64,000 nt of DNA from an uncultured Candidatus Saccharibacteria bacterium (GTDB lineage Bacteria; Patescibacteriota; WWE3; 2-01-FULL-39-13). The first letter of the stretch is position 1. Every line of letters begins with the position of its first letter. The stretch lies in assembly GCA_964370865.1 (NCBI GenBank), contig CAYJKF010000005.1, forward strand, positions 35,281-99,280. The letters run 5' to 3'. Positions 21,702-34,683 of the stretch are shown one piece after another. The notes under the pieces are model-generated. The model was not told the origin of the DNA. It saw only the letters and a program-made list of their open reading frames with translations, and did not search any database. The translations under genes were made by a program, and so were the position numbers.

Positions 21702-22700
21702 ATGAAGACGAATAATACTCCTGTAGAAATTTGGCAGGAAATTATAAAATCAAAAAATCCAATTTGTACAATCGACTCGAGGTTCGATTGTGATGCGTTT
21801 GGGTCTACCTTAACTCTCCGAAAAATTCTAAAAGAGCAGTATTCAATTGACCTCAGATTAACGTATGTCGACACAATTCCAGCGTATGCTTTAAAGGAGG
21901 CATTGTTCGATTTTAAGAAAGTCGAGCAGGCACTAGATCCAAAAAAAATTGACTACTCTAAACATGATTTATTAATAGTCATGGACTCCGGAAGTGAGTA
22001 TCACACTTCGATGGATTTGGAATATAAATTGCCAGCCGACATCAAGAAAATAAATATTGATCACCATGATACAAATGAATCTTATGGTGACTTAAATTTC
22101 GTAGATGCGACTGCGGTATCGACCTGTTCAATTTTGTTTAGAATCCTAAAAGAAAATAACATCCCAATAGATCAGGAGTGTGCTCAAATGTTACTTTCTG
22201 GTCAATATACTGATAGCGGATTTTTCCAATTCGAGAAGGTAACTTCTGATGAATTTAGAATTACAGCTGAATTAACAGATCTTGGCGCCTCCGTTTACAA
22301 GCTTTCCCAGAAATTATTTAATAACGAATCAATTCATTCGATTAAATTTAAGGAATTAGTATTCAGCAAAGTTGTAGTGGAAGGTGACTATGCCTATTCG
22401 ACTTACTTGCAACAAGATTTAGTGGATAGAGGAATTGTAAGAGGAGAGGTTCCCACAAAAGCTGTGGATTTGATAAAAAGAATAGCCGGTACAAAATTTG
22501 TTTTTGTAACAAGCCAAGATAGTCGTGGAGTTTTTGGAACTAGCTTTCGTGCTCACGAAGCAGGTTATGATGTCTCGAAATTTGCGAAAGCTTTAGGTGG
22601 AGGCGGACATCTTGCTGCCGCTTCTTGTGATTTAGTTGAAGCAAAAACTTTAGAAGAAGCCTTATCGATGACGATCGAAGTTATTAAATCATTAGCCTAA
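21702..22700 (+). CDS. DHH/DHHA1 phosphoesterase (NrnA-like)
   Basis: DCDA, MDSG, IDHH, TDSG, SFR, GGGGHLAA. Confidence 0.9.
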   Translation: MKTNNTPVEIWQEIIKSKNPICTIDSRFDCDAFGSTLTLRKILKEQYSIDLRLTYVDTIPAYALKEALFDFKKVEQALDPKKIDYSKHDLLIVMDSGSEYHTSMDLEYKLPADIKKINIDHHDTNESYGDLNFVDATAVSTCSILFRILKENNIPIDQECAQMLLSGQYTDSGFFQFEKVTSDEFRITAELTDLGASVYKLSQKLFNNESIHSIKFKELVFSKVVVEGDYAYSTYLQQDLVDRGIVRGEVPTKAVDLIKRIAGTKFVFVTSQDSRGVFGTSFRAHEAGYDVSKFAKALGGGGHLAAASCDLVEAKTLEEALSMTIEVIKSLA

Positions 22701-23320
22701 TGAACAAGGGTCAATTTGCACAGTTGTTTCCACAATTAGAGGATAAATACGATTTGTTTGCTGAGTTAGTTAATTTAGTCCATGAAAAAAGCAAGGTCGT
22801 AAATATTACCGCTATTAAAGAAAAAGATCAGATATGGGAGAAACACATTGTCGATTCACTTCAACCTATTAATTTCCTGGATTTAAGTGAAAAAACTGTT
22901 ATAGATATTGGAACCGGTGCCGGTTTTCCGGGGCTTCCATTAGCAATCGCCATGCCTGAAGCTAGTTTTGTTCTACTAGATTCAACATTGAAGAAAATAA
23001 ATATCGTTAAGGAATTTGCCAACTCGCTTGGGCTCAAAAACGTAAAAGCTAAATGGGGAAGGGCAGAAGAGCTTAAAAATGAACAATACGATATAGTGGT
23101 AAGCCGTGCGGTTGGATATTTACCTAAATTGCTAACAACCCTACGACCTTTTGTAAAAAAAGGTGGCCAGATTATTGTTTATAAATCCTATATCGAAGAG
23201 GAAATTAAAGAGGGAGAACTATTACTTGGGTCGCTAAATCTAAAAAGAGGAGATCCTTACGAATACTACTTACCCTCTGATTCGCAGTCTAAACGAATAC
23301 TTTTATCGTATTTGGGATAG
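22700..23320 (+). CDS. rsmG: 16S rRNA m7G527 methyltransferase
   Basis: NITAI, KHIVDSL, DIGTGAGFPGLPLAI, GRAEE, SRAV. Confidence 0.95.
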   Translation: MNKGQFAQLFPQLEDKYDLFAELVNLVHEKSKVVNITAIKEKDQIWEKHIVDSLQPINFLDLSEKTVIDIGTGAGFPGLPLAIAMPEASFVLLDSTLKKINIVKEFANSLGLKNVKAKWGRAEELKNEQYDIVVSRAVGYLPKLLTTLRPFVKKGGQIIVYKSYIEEEIKEGELLLGSLNLKRGDPYEYYLPSDSQSKRILLSYLG

Positions 23321-23324
23321 TTTT

Positions 23325-24326
23325 TTACTGATGTCCACCGCAGCCGCAGTTTCCTCCACATGAACATTCATGGTCGCCTTTTCCATCGGAGTCGTCGTCA
23401 CACTCGCAATCCTCTCCGCATCCAATTTCCTCCGCATCGAGTAGATCCATAAGTTTATCTCTTAGATCTTCTGCGTCTTCATCATTCTTAGCCAATGTAA
23501 ATTTGATAACTGTTTCTAAATAACTCATTGGATCACCAGTTGTTAACCATTCACCCTCTATTTCACGTACTAATACTTTATGTTGTTTAGCCATTCTATG
23601 AATAGCGTCTACCATCCACAATTCATCGTCTTTACCTAGGTTTTCTTGTTTTGGTGCTAGATAATCAAAGATTTTTGGATCTAAGACGTAGCCACTAAAG
23701 CTAACTAGTGAAGATGGGGAATCTTTAGGTTTAGGCTTCTCGATAATGTAATCTAATAAATGTTCATCGCCTTTTTTAAGTTTTATCATTCCATATTTTG
23801 TTACATCGGCTTCTGGCAAATCTTTTGCTGGAATTACGGCTAAAACATCGTCCGGCGCGTTTTCATATGCTTCTATCATTTCCTTTGCTCTGGATTTTCC
23901 TAGTACTAAATCATCGGTATATATATAGATAAAGGGTTCGTCTCCAATATATGGTTTTGCGCTTAAGGCTGGTGTTCCGTTTCCATATGGAAGTGATTTA
24001 TCTTGTGTAATGACAATAATATTTGGAAGGCTAAATACCTCTCGTACTTTTTCAAACCGGCTCTCTTTGTTTTGTTTTTTGAGTTGTGCGTGAATGTGTT
24101 GAACTGTGTTATGAAAATAGTCTTCGTAGATTGGTTTACCTTCTTCTGTAGCGACCATTATGATTTCGGTTATTCCTGCCTCCATGCATTCTTCTACTAT
24201 AAATTGGGTAATTGGTTTATCCCATACTGGAAGCATTGATTTAGGTAAGGTTTTAGTTATAGGCAAAAACCTTGTTGCGTAACCTGCATCAGTTAAAACT
24301 GCTTTTCGAACTTTCTGTTTTGACAT
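23325..24326 (-). CDS. galU: UTP--glucose-1-phosphate uridylyltransferase-like protein
   Basis: KAV..AGYATRFLPITK.LPK.MLP, IIEKP, KYG, DAI; Cys-rich tail. Confidence 0.8.
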   Translation of the reverse strand: MSKQKVRKAVLTDAGYATRFLPITKTLPKSMLPVWDKPITQFIVEECMEAGITEIIMVATEEGKPIYEDYFHNTVQHIHAQLKKQNKESRFEKVREVFSLPNIIVITQDKSLPYGNGTPALSAKPYIGDEPFIYIYTDDLVLGKSRAKEMIEAYENAPDDVLAVIPAKDLPEADVTKYGMIKLKKGDEHLLDYIIEKPKPKDSPSSLVSFSGYVLDPKIFDYLAPKQENLGKDDELWMVDAIHRMAKQHKVLVREIEGEWLTTGDPMSYLETVIKFTLAKNDEDAEDLRDKLMDLLDAEEIGCGEDCECDDDSDGKGDHECSCGGNCGCGGHQ

Positions 24327-24397
24327 GAGTAGAGTATAGATAAGTGGATTAATTTTGTCGATGTAGATTTAATCATGGATGGTGCTAAAATCGGGGC

Positions 24398-25051
24398 ATG
24401 TTGAACGGTGACGGCTTTTTAATAAGGGAAAATTGGCCGGAGGAAGTTGGTCTGATAATACCAGCACAAATGGAAGGTCTACAAGAATATACTCTATCTG
24501 GATTGGGCAAATTTGATGTTGGCTTATTTGACTATCTATTAAGCCGAGACGTCTCGGAAGTTTTACCTTGTCCTTCGATTGCGGAAGTTTTGCTTAATAA
24601 TATTTCGACGGCAGTGTATTCTTTGGCCCCAGCTGTAGATTGGGATGGCAAGGAGAAAATAATAGCGACATATACGGCTGTTAATGATCACCAAGCAAGT
24701 AGTGAAGGTGCATACAGGATTATGGTTCAAGATGTAGTTAATAGAAGGGGACAATGGGTTTTGTGGGCACCACCAGGAACAAATAACACGATCTTTTATT
24801 GGGAAGGTAAAACTTTTACAACCCGTCAAAATGCTTTTTCGGAGTGTCATGTAAACGCCGCAAAGCTTAAACAAGAATTATATTGGTGGAATTCAAATCC
24901 TCTCTCGGTATTTGGTTCGTTCGAAGCTTTGGGATACAAATTTGTCGATTCCTTGATGCCAGATGACGTGCGAGACACGTTAAGGAATCAAACGAAGTTG
25001 GTAACGGGGTCTATCAATCCCTCCGCATATTGGGAAGATCATAAATTATAA
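24398..25051 (+). CDS. Hypothetical protein
   Basis: 217-aa ORF; TGcTAAAAT 6 nt upstream of ATG. Confidence 0.65.
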   Translation: MLNGDGFLIRENWPEEVGLIIPAQMEGLQEYTLSGLGKFDVGLFDYLLSRDVSEVLPCPSIAEVLLNNISTAVYSLAPAVDWDGKEKIIATYTAVNDHQASSEGAYRIMVQDVVNRRGQWVLWAPPGTNNTIFYWEGKTFTTRQNAFSECHVNAAKLKQELYWWNSNPLSVFGSFEALGYKFVDSLMPDDVRDTLRNQTKLVTGSINPSAYWEDHKL

Positions 25052-25202
25052 GTATTTCAGTAATTTCTTTCTCTATGCTCCTAAAAAAATTAGTCGGACA
25101 CACGGTATCACATTCATGCAGTATGTTGCATGGACTGTGAGTTTAGACGCAGTTAGAGAGCGCGTCTTGTGTCCACCGGGATCTTGCGATTTGGAAGTAG
25201 CT

Positions 25203-25454
25203 TTATGGGTTGACCCACTGACCGCCTCGGCAAACTTTTTCCAATTTGCCCCATTGGAACCAGTTAAGCCCTTCCTGGCAAGGCCCAGGGGGCGGTAGTG
25301 TTGGAACATAAACATTGTTGTATCGCGGGGCAGCATCGTATTGCGGAGGTGGATTTCCGAGGATGTTTTCGGACTCTAGGCCTAGTCCACCTAGGGCACA
25401 GAGTCCCAGTAGAACGATTACTCCAAAACCTATCAAAATCAGCTTGTCGCTCAT
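25203..25454 (-). CDS. 83-aa membrane-anchored Pro-rich protein
   Basis: MSDKLILIGFGVIVLLGLCALGG.., SD GGAG 6 nt upstream, C-terminal Cys pair. Confidence 0.55.
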   Translation of the reverse strand: MSDKLILIGFGVIVLLGLCALGGLGLESENILGNPPPQYDAAPRYNNVYVPTLPPPGPCQEGLNWFQWGKLEKVCRGGQWVNP

Positions 25455-25681
25455 GATTATCTCCAGTGTTAAAGTGCAAGATCCGCACATAATTTTACGC
25501 TTAATCGTTTATATTTCTACCATGTAATAGAATTCTGTGATAGTTGAAATTAAGAAAATCAGGGGTATAAACAATCGACAATTTAAAAACGATTTTTATG
25601 AATGTTTCATGTAATAGCCAAATTCCAGGTATCTATGAAATAAGATACGAAGTGCACAATTGTATTCTATCGTTGTGATTT

Positions 25682-27799
25682 GTGATTCTCGGAGTTACAA
25701 TTGCGTCTATTAAAATTATGGAGCAAGTTTTGGAATCAGATGTACCAGAGACTCCTTGCCCTTTCGTTCCTGAATCCCCGGAAGAGGTTGTTGATTCACT
25801 TACGGCTGAAATTTTAAATTACACCCACTTACAGACAGGAATTTACCCACAAGAAATACTCGATCCAGAATTTATTAACTTATACGAAATTGTTGTTAGT
25901 CAGGGAGATAGTTGGTGTAAATGGTCATTCTGCGATGAAGTTCTTACAAAAGTTAGAAAAATCGAAGAATTATACAGAGAGAGACAATTTGATGTATATA
26001 AATCTCATTTAATCGCCGAACAACTATTAAACCTAGAAAAATCGAGTATACAAGAGATATATGAGCATTTGGTAAATGAAAAGCGCGTTAGCCAGCTTAA
26101 TGGAGAAATTGTTACAAGTGAAGATCATAGTTTGGTTCCTTGGGTAAATAAACAAAGCTTAGAATGGTATGTCGTACAGCGAGGTTGTTTAGTGTTATTG
26201 ATAAATGAAGTACTTACAAATCCTAACCTAGATAGTGATTCGAAAGATTTAGTTATCAAGCAATTGGTAGAGGAATATCTCAAAGAGAAATATAGCTCGA
26301 TTAATAATAATCAGGCGGAGCCCATTGACCCAAAGATAGAAACGACAAAACCTAATAATATAAATGTAAATGGAAAAGAGAAGACTGGAATTGCCGCAAC
26401 CGTTTCCGCAGAAGATGTTCCGTTAGATATTGCAGAGAAAAGAAGGCTTGTAGAAATTAGTGGTTATAAAGTGATAAGAAGGGGTTCAATTGTGGTAGAT
26501 ATTATGGAATTTATCCAAAACCGTTCTCTAGATGAAGCTGTACAATTAATACAATTATTGGGGGATGAGGACATGTTTCCAGTAGTTGGAAATATAACCA
26601 TAGAAAATGGAGCAAAAAGGCGTTCGATAGTATTTACTAAAGTGATTCCTGATATTTATAGGGATTTAATACTTCATTTTGGTTATCGGCTAGCGGATAT
26701 TCCACCAGAAAATGGATTTGTCTTTGTAAATACAGTGAGAGGGCAAAGGACGCCTACTTTTCGTGATGTTCTAGTGAAAATGAAGGGTGAAGTTAAAACT
26801 GCTAAAAAAAAAGTTATGCCTAAGAATCTAAGAGCCGAGTCTGTAATTCCTCAAAAAGTATTTGAGGTAAGTAATACCACTACAGGTAATCCTAAGAAGC
26901 CAAGAGGGAGACCTAAAAAATCTTTGGATTCGAAATATAATGCCCAATTAAAGAGGAGAAATGGTGATTATGAGTTTTGGGGAGAGGTAGATGTTAAGGA
27001 GGATATGGAGTTTGGCGCTGTGCAGATACAATCTAGATCAGGTGCGCTAGGTGAGATAAATCATGTGTTGGAAATGGCTCGTATACAACCTGTTGAGATT
27101 CATTCACCGATTGGAATTAGCGGAACCTGTGTAGATGGTCATGCCAACGATGGGTTAATTGAACACGTGTGGTCGATTGAGGAGATGTGTTACGGCATCC
27201 ACACTGCTACAAGAAAATTGTCTGAGTCGGTCTCGTCTAATGGAGGAAAAATACATTCATTAAACGTACAAAGATATAGTCAAAAGATTAGAAGTTTGGT
27301 GTTTATGTTTATCCAAAGTGTTAATGAGCAAGAAAAGGGGGGAAAACTTAAACAAGGTGAAAAGAATGAGCTTTTTACAAAATTAGAAGATGATATCAAG
27401 TCAGCATATAACAAAGGTTTATCAAAGCTGCCTAAAGATAGTTCGCTAGGAGTATTACCTGATATTAAGAAGTCCGTCGATTTGGTCGAATTGATACAAA
27501 ATACCAAAGAGTTTGATGGATACCAATTTACACCAATCGATACAGATGTAACTTTTGAAGCCCGTGTATTCGTTAAAATGCATCGGGAGGGAAGCGATCA
27601 AGATATATATTTCTATCATACGTCCAACAATAGAGGATCGGCGCCGTCGGAGAGCCGTAAATATTCTATTAGAGAATTGCATAGATTTCTTGACTGTATT
27701 GAATTTACTAATAAGAATGTTAAGTACGATGTAGAGACAATATTAAGGGGATTGCAAGGTAAAGATCGGAAAGGGCGACTGTTTGTAATTGAATCTTAA
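25682..27799 (+). CDS. Large hypothetical protein with AT-hook-like motif (likely start 25718)
   Basis: 705-aa ORF; PKKPRGRPKK. Confidence 0.7.
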   Translation: MILGVTIASIKIMEQVLESDVPETPCPFVPESPEEVVDSLTAEILNYTHLQTGIYPQEILDPEFINLYEIVVSQGDSWCKWSFCDEVLTKVRKIEELYRERQFDVYKSHLIAEQLLNLEKSSIQEIYEHLVNEKRVSQLNGEIVTSEDHSLVPWVNKQSLEWYVVQRGCLVLLINEVLTNPNLDSDSKDLVIKQLVEEYLKEKYSSINNNQAEPIDPKIETTKPNNINVNGKEKTGIAATVSAEDVPLDIAEKRRLVEISGYKVIRRGSIVVDIMEFIQNRSLDEAVQLIQLLGDEDMFPVVGNITIENGAKRRSIVFTKVIPDIYRDLILHFGYRLADIPPENGFVFVNTVRGQRTPTFRDVLVKMKGEVKTAKKKVMPKNLRAESVIPQKVFEVSNTTTGNPKKPRGRPKKSLDSKYNAQLKRRNGDYEFWGEVDVKEDMEFGAVQIQSRSGALGEINHVLEMARIQPVEIHSPIGISGTCVDGHANDGLIEHVWSIEEMCYGIHTATRKLSESVSSNGGKIHSLNVQRYSQKIRSLVFMFIQSVNEQEKGGKLKQGEKNELFTKLEDDIKSAYNKGLSKLPKDSSLGVLPDIKKSVDLVELIQNTKEFDGYQFTPIDTDVTFEARVFVKMHREGSDQDIYFYHTSNNRGSAPSESRKYSIRELHRFLDCIEFTNKNVKYDVETILRGLQGKDRKGRLFVIES

Positions 27800-27839
27800 G
27801 AAAACTATATATCCCCAAAAAAATTGTGTTATTTTACTG

Positions 27840-27869
27840 TTGACTTAACATACAAATTCATCGTAATAT
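27840..27869 (+). promoter_or_regulatory. Promoter for tRNA-Ala-23S-5S
   Basis: TTGACT-18 nt-TAATAT. Confidence 0.65.
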
Positions 27870-27997
27870 ACTCACTAGTTTATTTAGTTAACGTTGTTCT
27901 ACAACCTCTTAACTCCAATTTCAAAATTATAAGTAAGTAAGACCGAAACGAAGTTCTGGTTTTATTGTTGGTACAACCTTTTCGTTGTATTAAGTTC

Positions 27998-28074
27998 GGG
28001 CCGATAGCTCAATTGGCTAGAGCACTTCATTTGCAATGAAGAGGTCATGGGTTCGAATCCCATTCGGTCCACCA
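27998..28074 (+). tRNA. tRNA-Ala(TGC)
   Basis: G3-U70 pair, CTTCA TTTGCAA TGAAG, GGTTCGAATCC, CCA. Confidence 0.96.
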
Positions 28075-28158
28075 TTTACTTAACTGCCTTTTCTGTTTGA
28101 AGTTCTTACTCGGATTTGGATTGTAATATTCAGATTCGAGACATGAACTTTAAAAAAG

Positions 28159-28205
28159 TTTATTGCTCTTTAAAAACTGAATAGATCAAAAGTTTATCGA
28201 AATCA
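28159..28205 (+). promoter_or_regulatory. boxA and 5' arm of 23S processing stem
   Basis: TGCTCTTTAAAAA at 28164-28176; 28159-28185 pairs with 31139-31165 and 28192-28205 with 31119-31132. Confidence 0.85.
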
Positions 28206-28213
28206 AATTTATC

Positions 28214-31117
<2,904 letters not shown>

Positions 31118-31198
31118 GTGATTTTGATAAACATGAAGTCTATTCAGTTTTTAGGGAGTAATAAATTAATACTAAGTAATTAGCTTTAATTGGCACGA

Positions 31199-31316
<118 letters not shown>

Positions 31317-31357
31317 TCGTGCTCATTAAATAAAAATTAGTAGGAGATTATTTAAAA

Positions 31358-32458
31358 ATGGCAACACAGACAAAAACAACAGAATTAAAAGAGTTAATGC
31401 TAAAGCATTCAAAACAGGTTAAAAACTATAGCTTTGGTGAACCAGTTACTGGAAAAATTGTTCACGTAGATAAAAGATATATTCTCTTAGATATTGGAGC
31501 TAAATCAGAAGGTTTAATTTCAAGTGATGAGATAAAATTACTTCCAAATAAAAAAGTAGAAATCGGACAAGAACTATCAGCGATAGTTATTTATCCCGAA
31601 GATTCTAGAGGTAATTTGATTTTATCACTCAAAAAAGCCAGATCAGCAAAAGGTTGGGAAGCATTAGAAATAGCCTTTAGAGATCAAGAAATCATTACCG
31701 TAAATGTTATTGATTATTTCAAAGGTGGATTAATCGTTGATGCTTTTGGACAAAGAGGTTTTGTTCCAATTAGTCATTTAAACAGGAGCCATTTTGAGCA
31801 ATTTAATAATGCTATGGCAGAAGGTCAAACTTCTGATTCCGCTAAATCGCTTGGTGGGTTAAAAGGTACTCCAATTCAAGTAAAAATTATAGAAATTGAT
31901 TCCACCAAAAATAGGTTAGTTCTTTCCGAAAAAGAAGCTAGACCACAAGAAGAATTACTAATTCGAGAAGAAAAATTATCAAAGATTAAACTGGGAGAAG
32001 TCGTTGAAGCCAAAGTTTCAACGGTCTTACCATATGGAGTTTTAGTTGATTTAGGTGGAATTGATGGATTAGTTCACATTTCAGAAATTGCATGGGAAAA
32101 AGTCGAATCAGCATCTGATTATTTTAAAGTTGGAGATCCAATTACAGTAAAAATTATCGGAATTGATGACGACAAGATTGCATTATCAGTTAAAGAATTA
32201 AAAGATAACCCATGGGATAACGTCGAAGAAAAATATCCATTAGGAAAAGTTATAACTTCTAAAGTTACAAAAGTCGTACCGTTTGGTGTATTTGTAGAGT
32301 TAGAAAAAGGTTTGGACGGTTTGATTCACGTTTCGGAAACAGTTGCTCCATTGAATGTTGGTGATGATGTTACTGCCGTGGTTGTTAATGTAGATTCCAA
32401 ACAGAGGAAATTAGCCCTTAGCGTAAGACAAATCGAAGATTCCAAAATCTATAGATAA
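31358..32458 (+). CDS. rpsA: 30S ribosomal protein S1 (4 S1 domains)
   Basis: LDIGAKSEG, GFVPISH, DGLVHISEI, DGLIHVSE; SD AGGAG. Confidence 0.93.
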   Translation: MATQTKTTELKELMLKHSKQVKNYSFGEPVTGKIVHVDKRYILLDIGAKSEGLISSDEIKLLPNKKVEIGQELSAIVIYPEDSRGNLILSLKKARSAKGWEALEIAFRDQEIITVNVIDYFKGGLIVDAFGQRGFVPISHLNRSHFEQFNNAMAEGQTSDSAKSLGGLKGTPIQVKIIEIDSTKNRLVLSEKEARPQEELLIREEKLSKIKLGEVVEAKVSTVLPYGVLVDLGGIDGLVHISEIAWEKVESASDYFKVGDPITVKIIGIDDDKIALSVKELKDNPWDNVEEKYPLGKVITSKVTKVVPFGVFVELEKGLDGLIHVSETVAPLNVGDDVTAVVVNVDSKQRKLALSVRQIEDSKIYR

Positions 32459-34683
32459 TGAAAGATCAACACATATTTGATTTACTTTCGGATGAGAGTA
32501 AACAGATAATTAGAAAATTAAATCCATCAAAAAAGAATTTACGAGTATTGCCTGCAAATGAGGTTTTAAAAGCGTTAATGCGAAATGACAACGTTGTTAA
32601 AGAATTACTCAATAGTGCAGAAGTAGGCGAATATAAGGCTAAAAAAATCCAAATAAGTGATTGGCTAAATTTTGCTTACCACGAGTCCTATTTAAATGGA
32701 TTTGAATCAATTGAAAAATTCCACCTAGTTTTTTCTTATCTTTTGCTTGTTGATATAGAAAAATATTATCAAGCAAAGAAATTAGTCCTCTCCAAGGCTG
32801 GTTTTGATGTCGATATCTCCGAGCAGTCCTTTATTCAAGATTTAACAGAAGTAGCAAAAAAATTGGCACATCCATATGTAGGAAGAGAGAAGGAGATGAC
32901 TAAATTAATAGTTAATCTATCTTCTCAAAACGAAGATAGGCCAACCTTATTACTCGGTGAAAGCGGAACCGGTAAAACCGGAATGATGCTTGAGCTAGCA
33001 AAAAGAATTAATATCGGGCAAGTTCCATCTGTTTTACTTGGAACTAGAGTATTACGAGTACGTTTTGGTGCTATGGTGAATTCGTTCTCACCCGAAAAGC
33101 CTAATTTACAGGGTGATTTCTTTTCTAGACTTTTCACCGAGATTTTTTCAAATTCCAAATACAGAGGAAATGTAATTTTATTCCTAGATGATTTAAGAAT
33201 TGGGACTAATTTCTTTATTACTTTTGGTCCAATAAATAAAAGAGCTGGTATTTCGGTAGTTGGTGCAGCTCAAAACGATATTAACGAAAAATTCTGGGAA
33301 AGTCCGCTATCCAAATCATGGAATATTATAACGATGGAGGAACAATCAGACGAGGAATACTACACAATCCTTAGACAATACGCCGATCAAATAGAGGACG
33401 CTGGTAATTCAAAGTTTTCTAATGAAGTTATACATAAAATCATACAACTTTATAAAAGCGATCTAATTTTAGAAGGAATGCCTGGTGAAGGTATCAAATT
33501 ACTTGAGCAATTGGCTATCTATAAAAGGCACAAAGCATACGATTATTCAGGATTATCTGGAAAAATCCAAGATTTAAAAAATTCTCCAAAAACCAGGATT
33601 GCTCAAGAAGGCGCAATGCTTGAAGAAAAAATCGTAGAAATGGAAAATTTCAAAATCGTAATCGAGCCCAAGGACCTAATGGAATATGTGGATACTGGCG
33701 AAGGCGACAGAAACATTGTTAATTTAACGATAGATAAGAAGAAGATTTCAGATATTGAATCAAATATTAAGAAGTTGATAATCGGACAAAACGAAGCAAT
33801 AGAAGCTTTGGTTCGGGCTCTAAGGATTTCATCTCTAAAATTATCAAGCGATTATCGCCCTATTGGTACATTTTTGTTCCTTGGCCCAACTGGAGTGGGT
33901 AAGTCTGAAACGGCCAAAATACTTGCACGAACGCTATTTAATAACGGTGAAAAAACAAGAAAAATGCCTACCAATTTTTTGCGAATAGACATGACAGAAT
34001 TTAGTGAAAAACATTCAGTATCAAGGCTTTTTGGAGCTCCTCCAGGATATATTGGGTACGACGACAGCACTTCTCTTGCAGATTTTTTGATATTAAATCC
34101 CAGCTCAATTGTGTTGTTTGACGAAATAGAAAAAGCTGACCCAAATGTTATAAATTCATTACTTCATGTAATGGACGAAGGGGAAATCCGAAATAATAAA
34201 GCAGAAATCGCTTCACTTGAAGACTGCATCATCATAATGACAAGTAATTTAGGCGCCGAACTTATTAACCAGCAGAATTTTGGTTATCTAAGCAAGAAAA
34301 ATGATGATTGGAAAGCTAAACTAACCGAAAATCTAAAGCATAAACTTAAGCCAGAATTCCTCAATCGTTTTGATGAGATTATCGTATTTAACAAACTTGA
34401 TAAAGCTTCAGTTGAAATAATTGCAAATCAAAATCTAGATATTTTAATCAAAAAGTTAAAAGAAATTAATGTCGATTTAACAATTAATAAAAAAAGTTTT
34501 GATAAGCTAATTTCCGAAGCTAATAGCGAAGAATATGGGGCAAGAGAGATAAGAAGAGTTATTCGAAAAGAAATTACAGATAATATATCTAAGCTTCTTT
34601 TAGAAAATTCTGATATAAAGGAGATACAGGTAACCTCTGTAAATCCGTGGAAAATTAAAACAAGTAATGGCAAAAGCAAATAA
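32458..34683 (+). CDS. ClpA/ClpC-type AAA+ ATPase with degenerate NBD1
   Basis: NBD1 GESGTGKT; NBD2 RPIGTFLFLGPTGVGKSE, RIDMTEF, GAPPGYIG, FDEIEKA, PEFLNR, GAR. Confidence 0.88.
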   Translation: MKDQHIFDLLSDESKQIIRKLNPSKKNLRVLPANEVLKALMRNDNVVKELLNSAEVGEYKAKKIQISDWLNFAYHESYLNGFESIEKFHLVFSYLLLVDIEKYYQAKKLVLSKAGFDVDISEQSFIQDLTEVAKKLAHPYVGREKEMTKLIVNLSSQNEDRPTLLLGESGTGKTGMMLELAKRINIGQVPSVLLGTRVLRVRFGAMVNSFSPEKPNLQGDFFSRLFTEIFSNSKYRGNVILFLDDLRIGTNFFITFGPINKRAGISVVGAAQNDINEKFWESPLSKSWNIITMEEQSDEEYYTILRQYADQIEDAGNSKFSNEVIHKIIQLYKSDLILEGMPGEGIKLLEQLAIYKRHKAYDYSGLSGKIQDLKNSPKTRIAQEGAMLEEKIVEMENFKIVIEPKDLMEYVDTGEGDRNIVNLTIDKKKISDIESNIKKLIIGQNEAIEALVRALRISSLKLSSDYRPIGTFLFLGPTGVGKSETAKILARTLFNNGEKTRKMPTNFLRIDMTEFSEKHSVSRLFGAPPGYIGYDDSTSLADFLILNPSSIVLFDEIEKADPNVINSLLHVMDEGEIRNNKAEIASLEDCIIIMTSNLGAELINQQNFGYLSKKNDDWKAKLTENLKHKLKPEFLNRFDEIIVFNKLDKASVEIIANQNLDILIKKLKEINVDLTINKKSFDKLISEANSEEYGAREIRRVIRKEITDNISKLLLENSDIKEIQVTSVNPWKIKTSNGKSK

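Noticed and set aside
25073-25527. Several overlapping short ORFs
   Set aside because: Only 25203-25454(-) has an SD and a protein-like architecture
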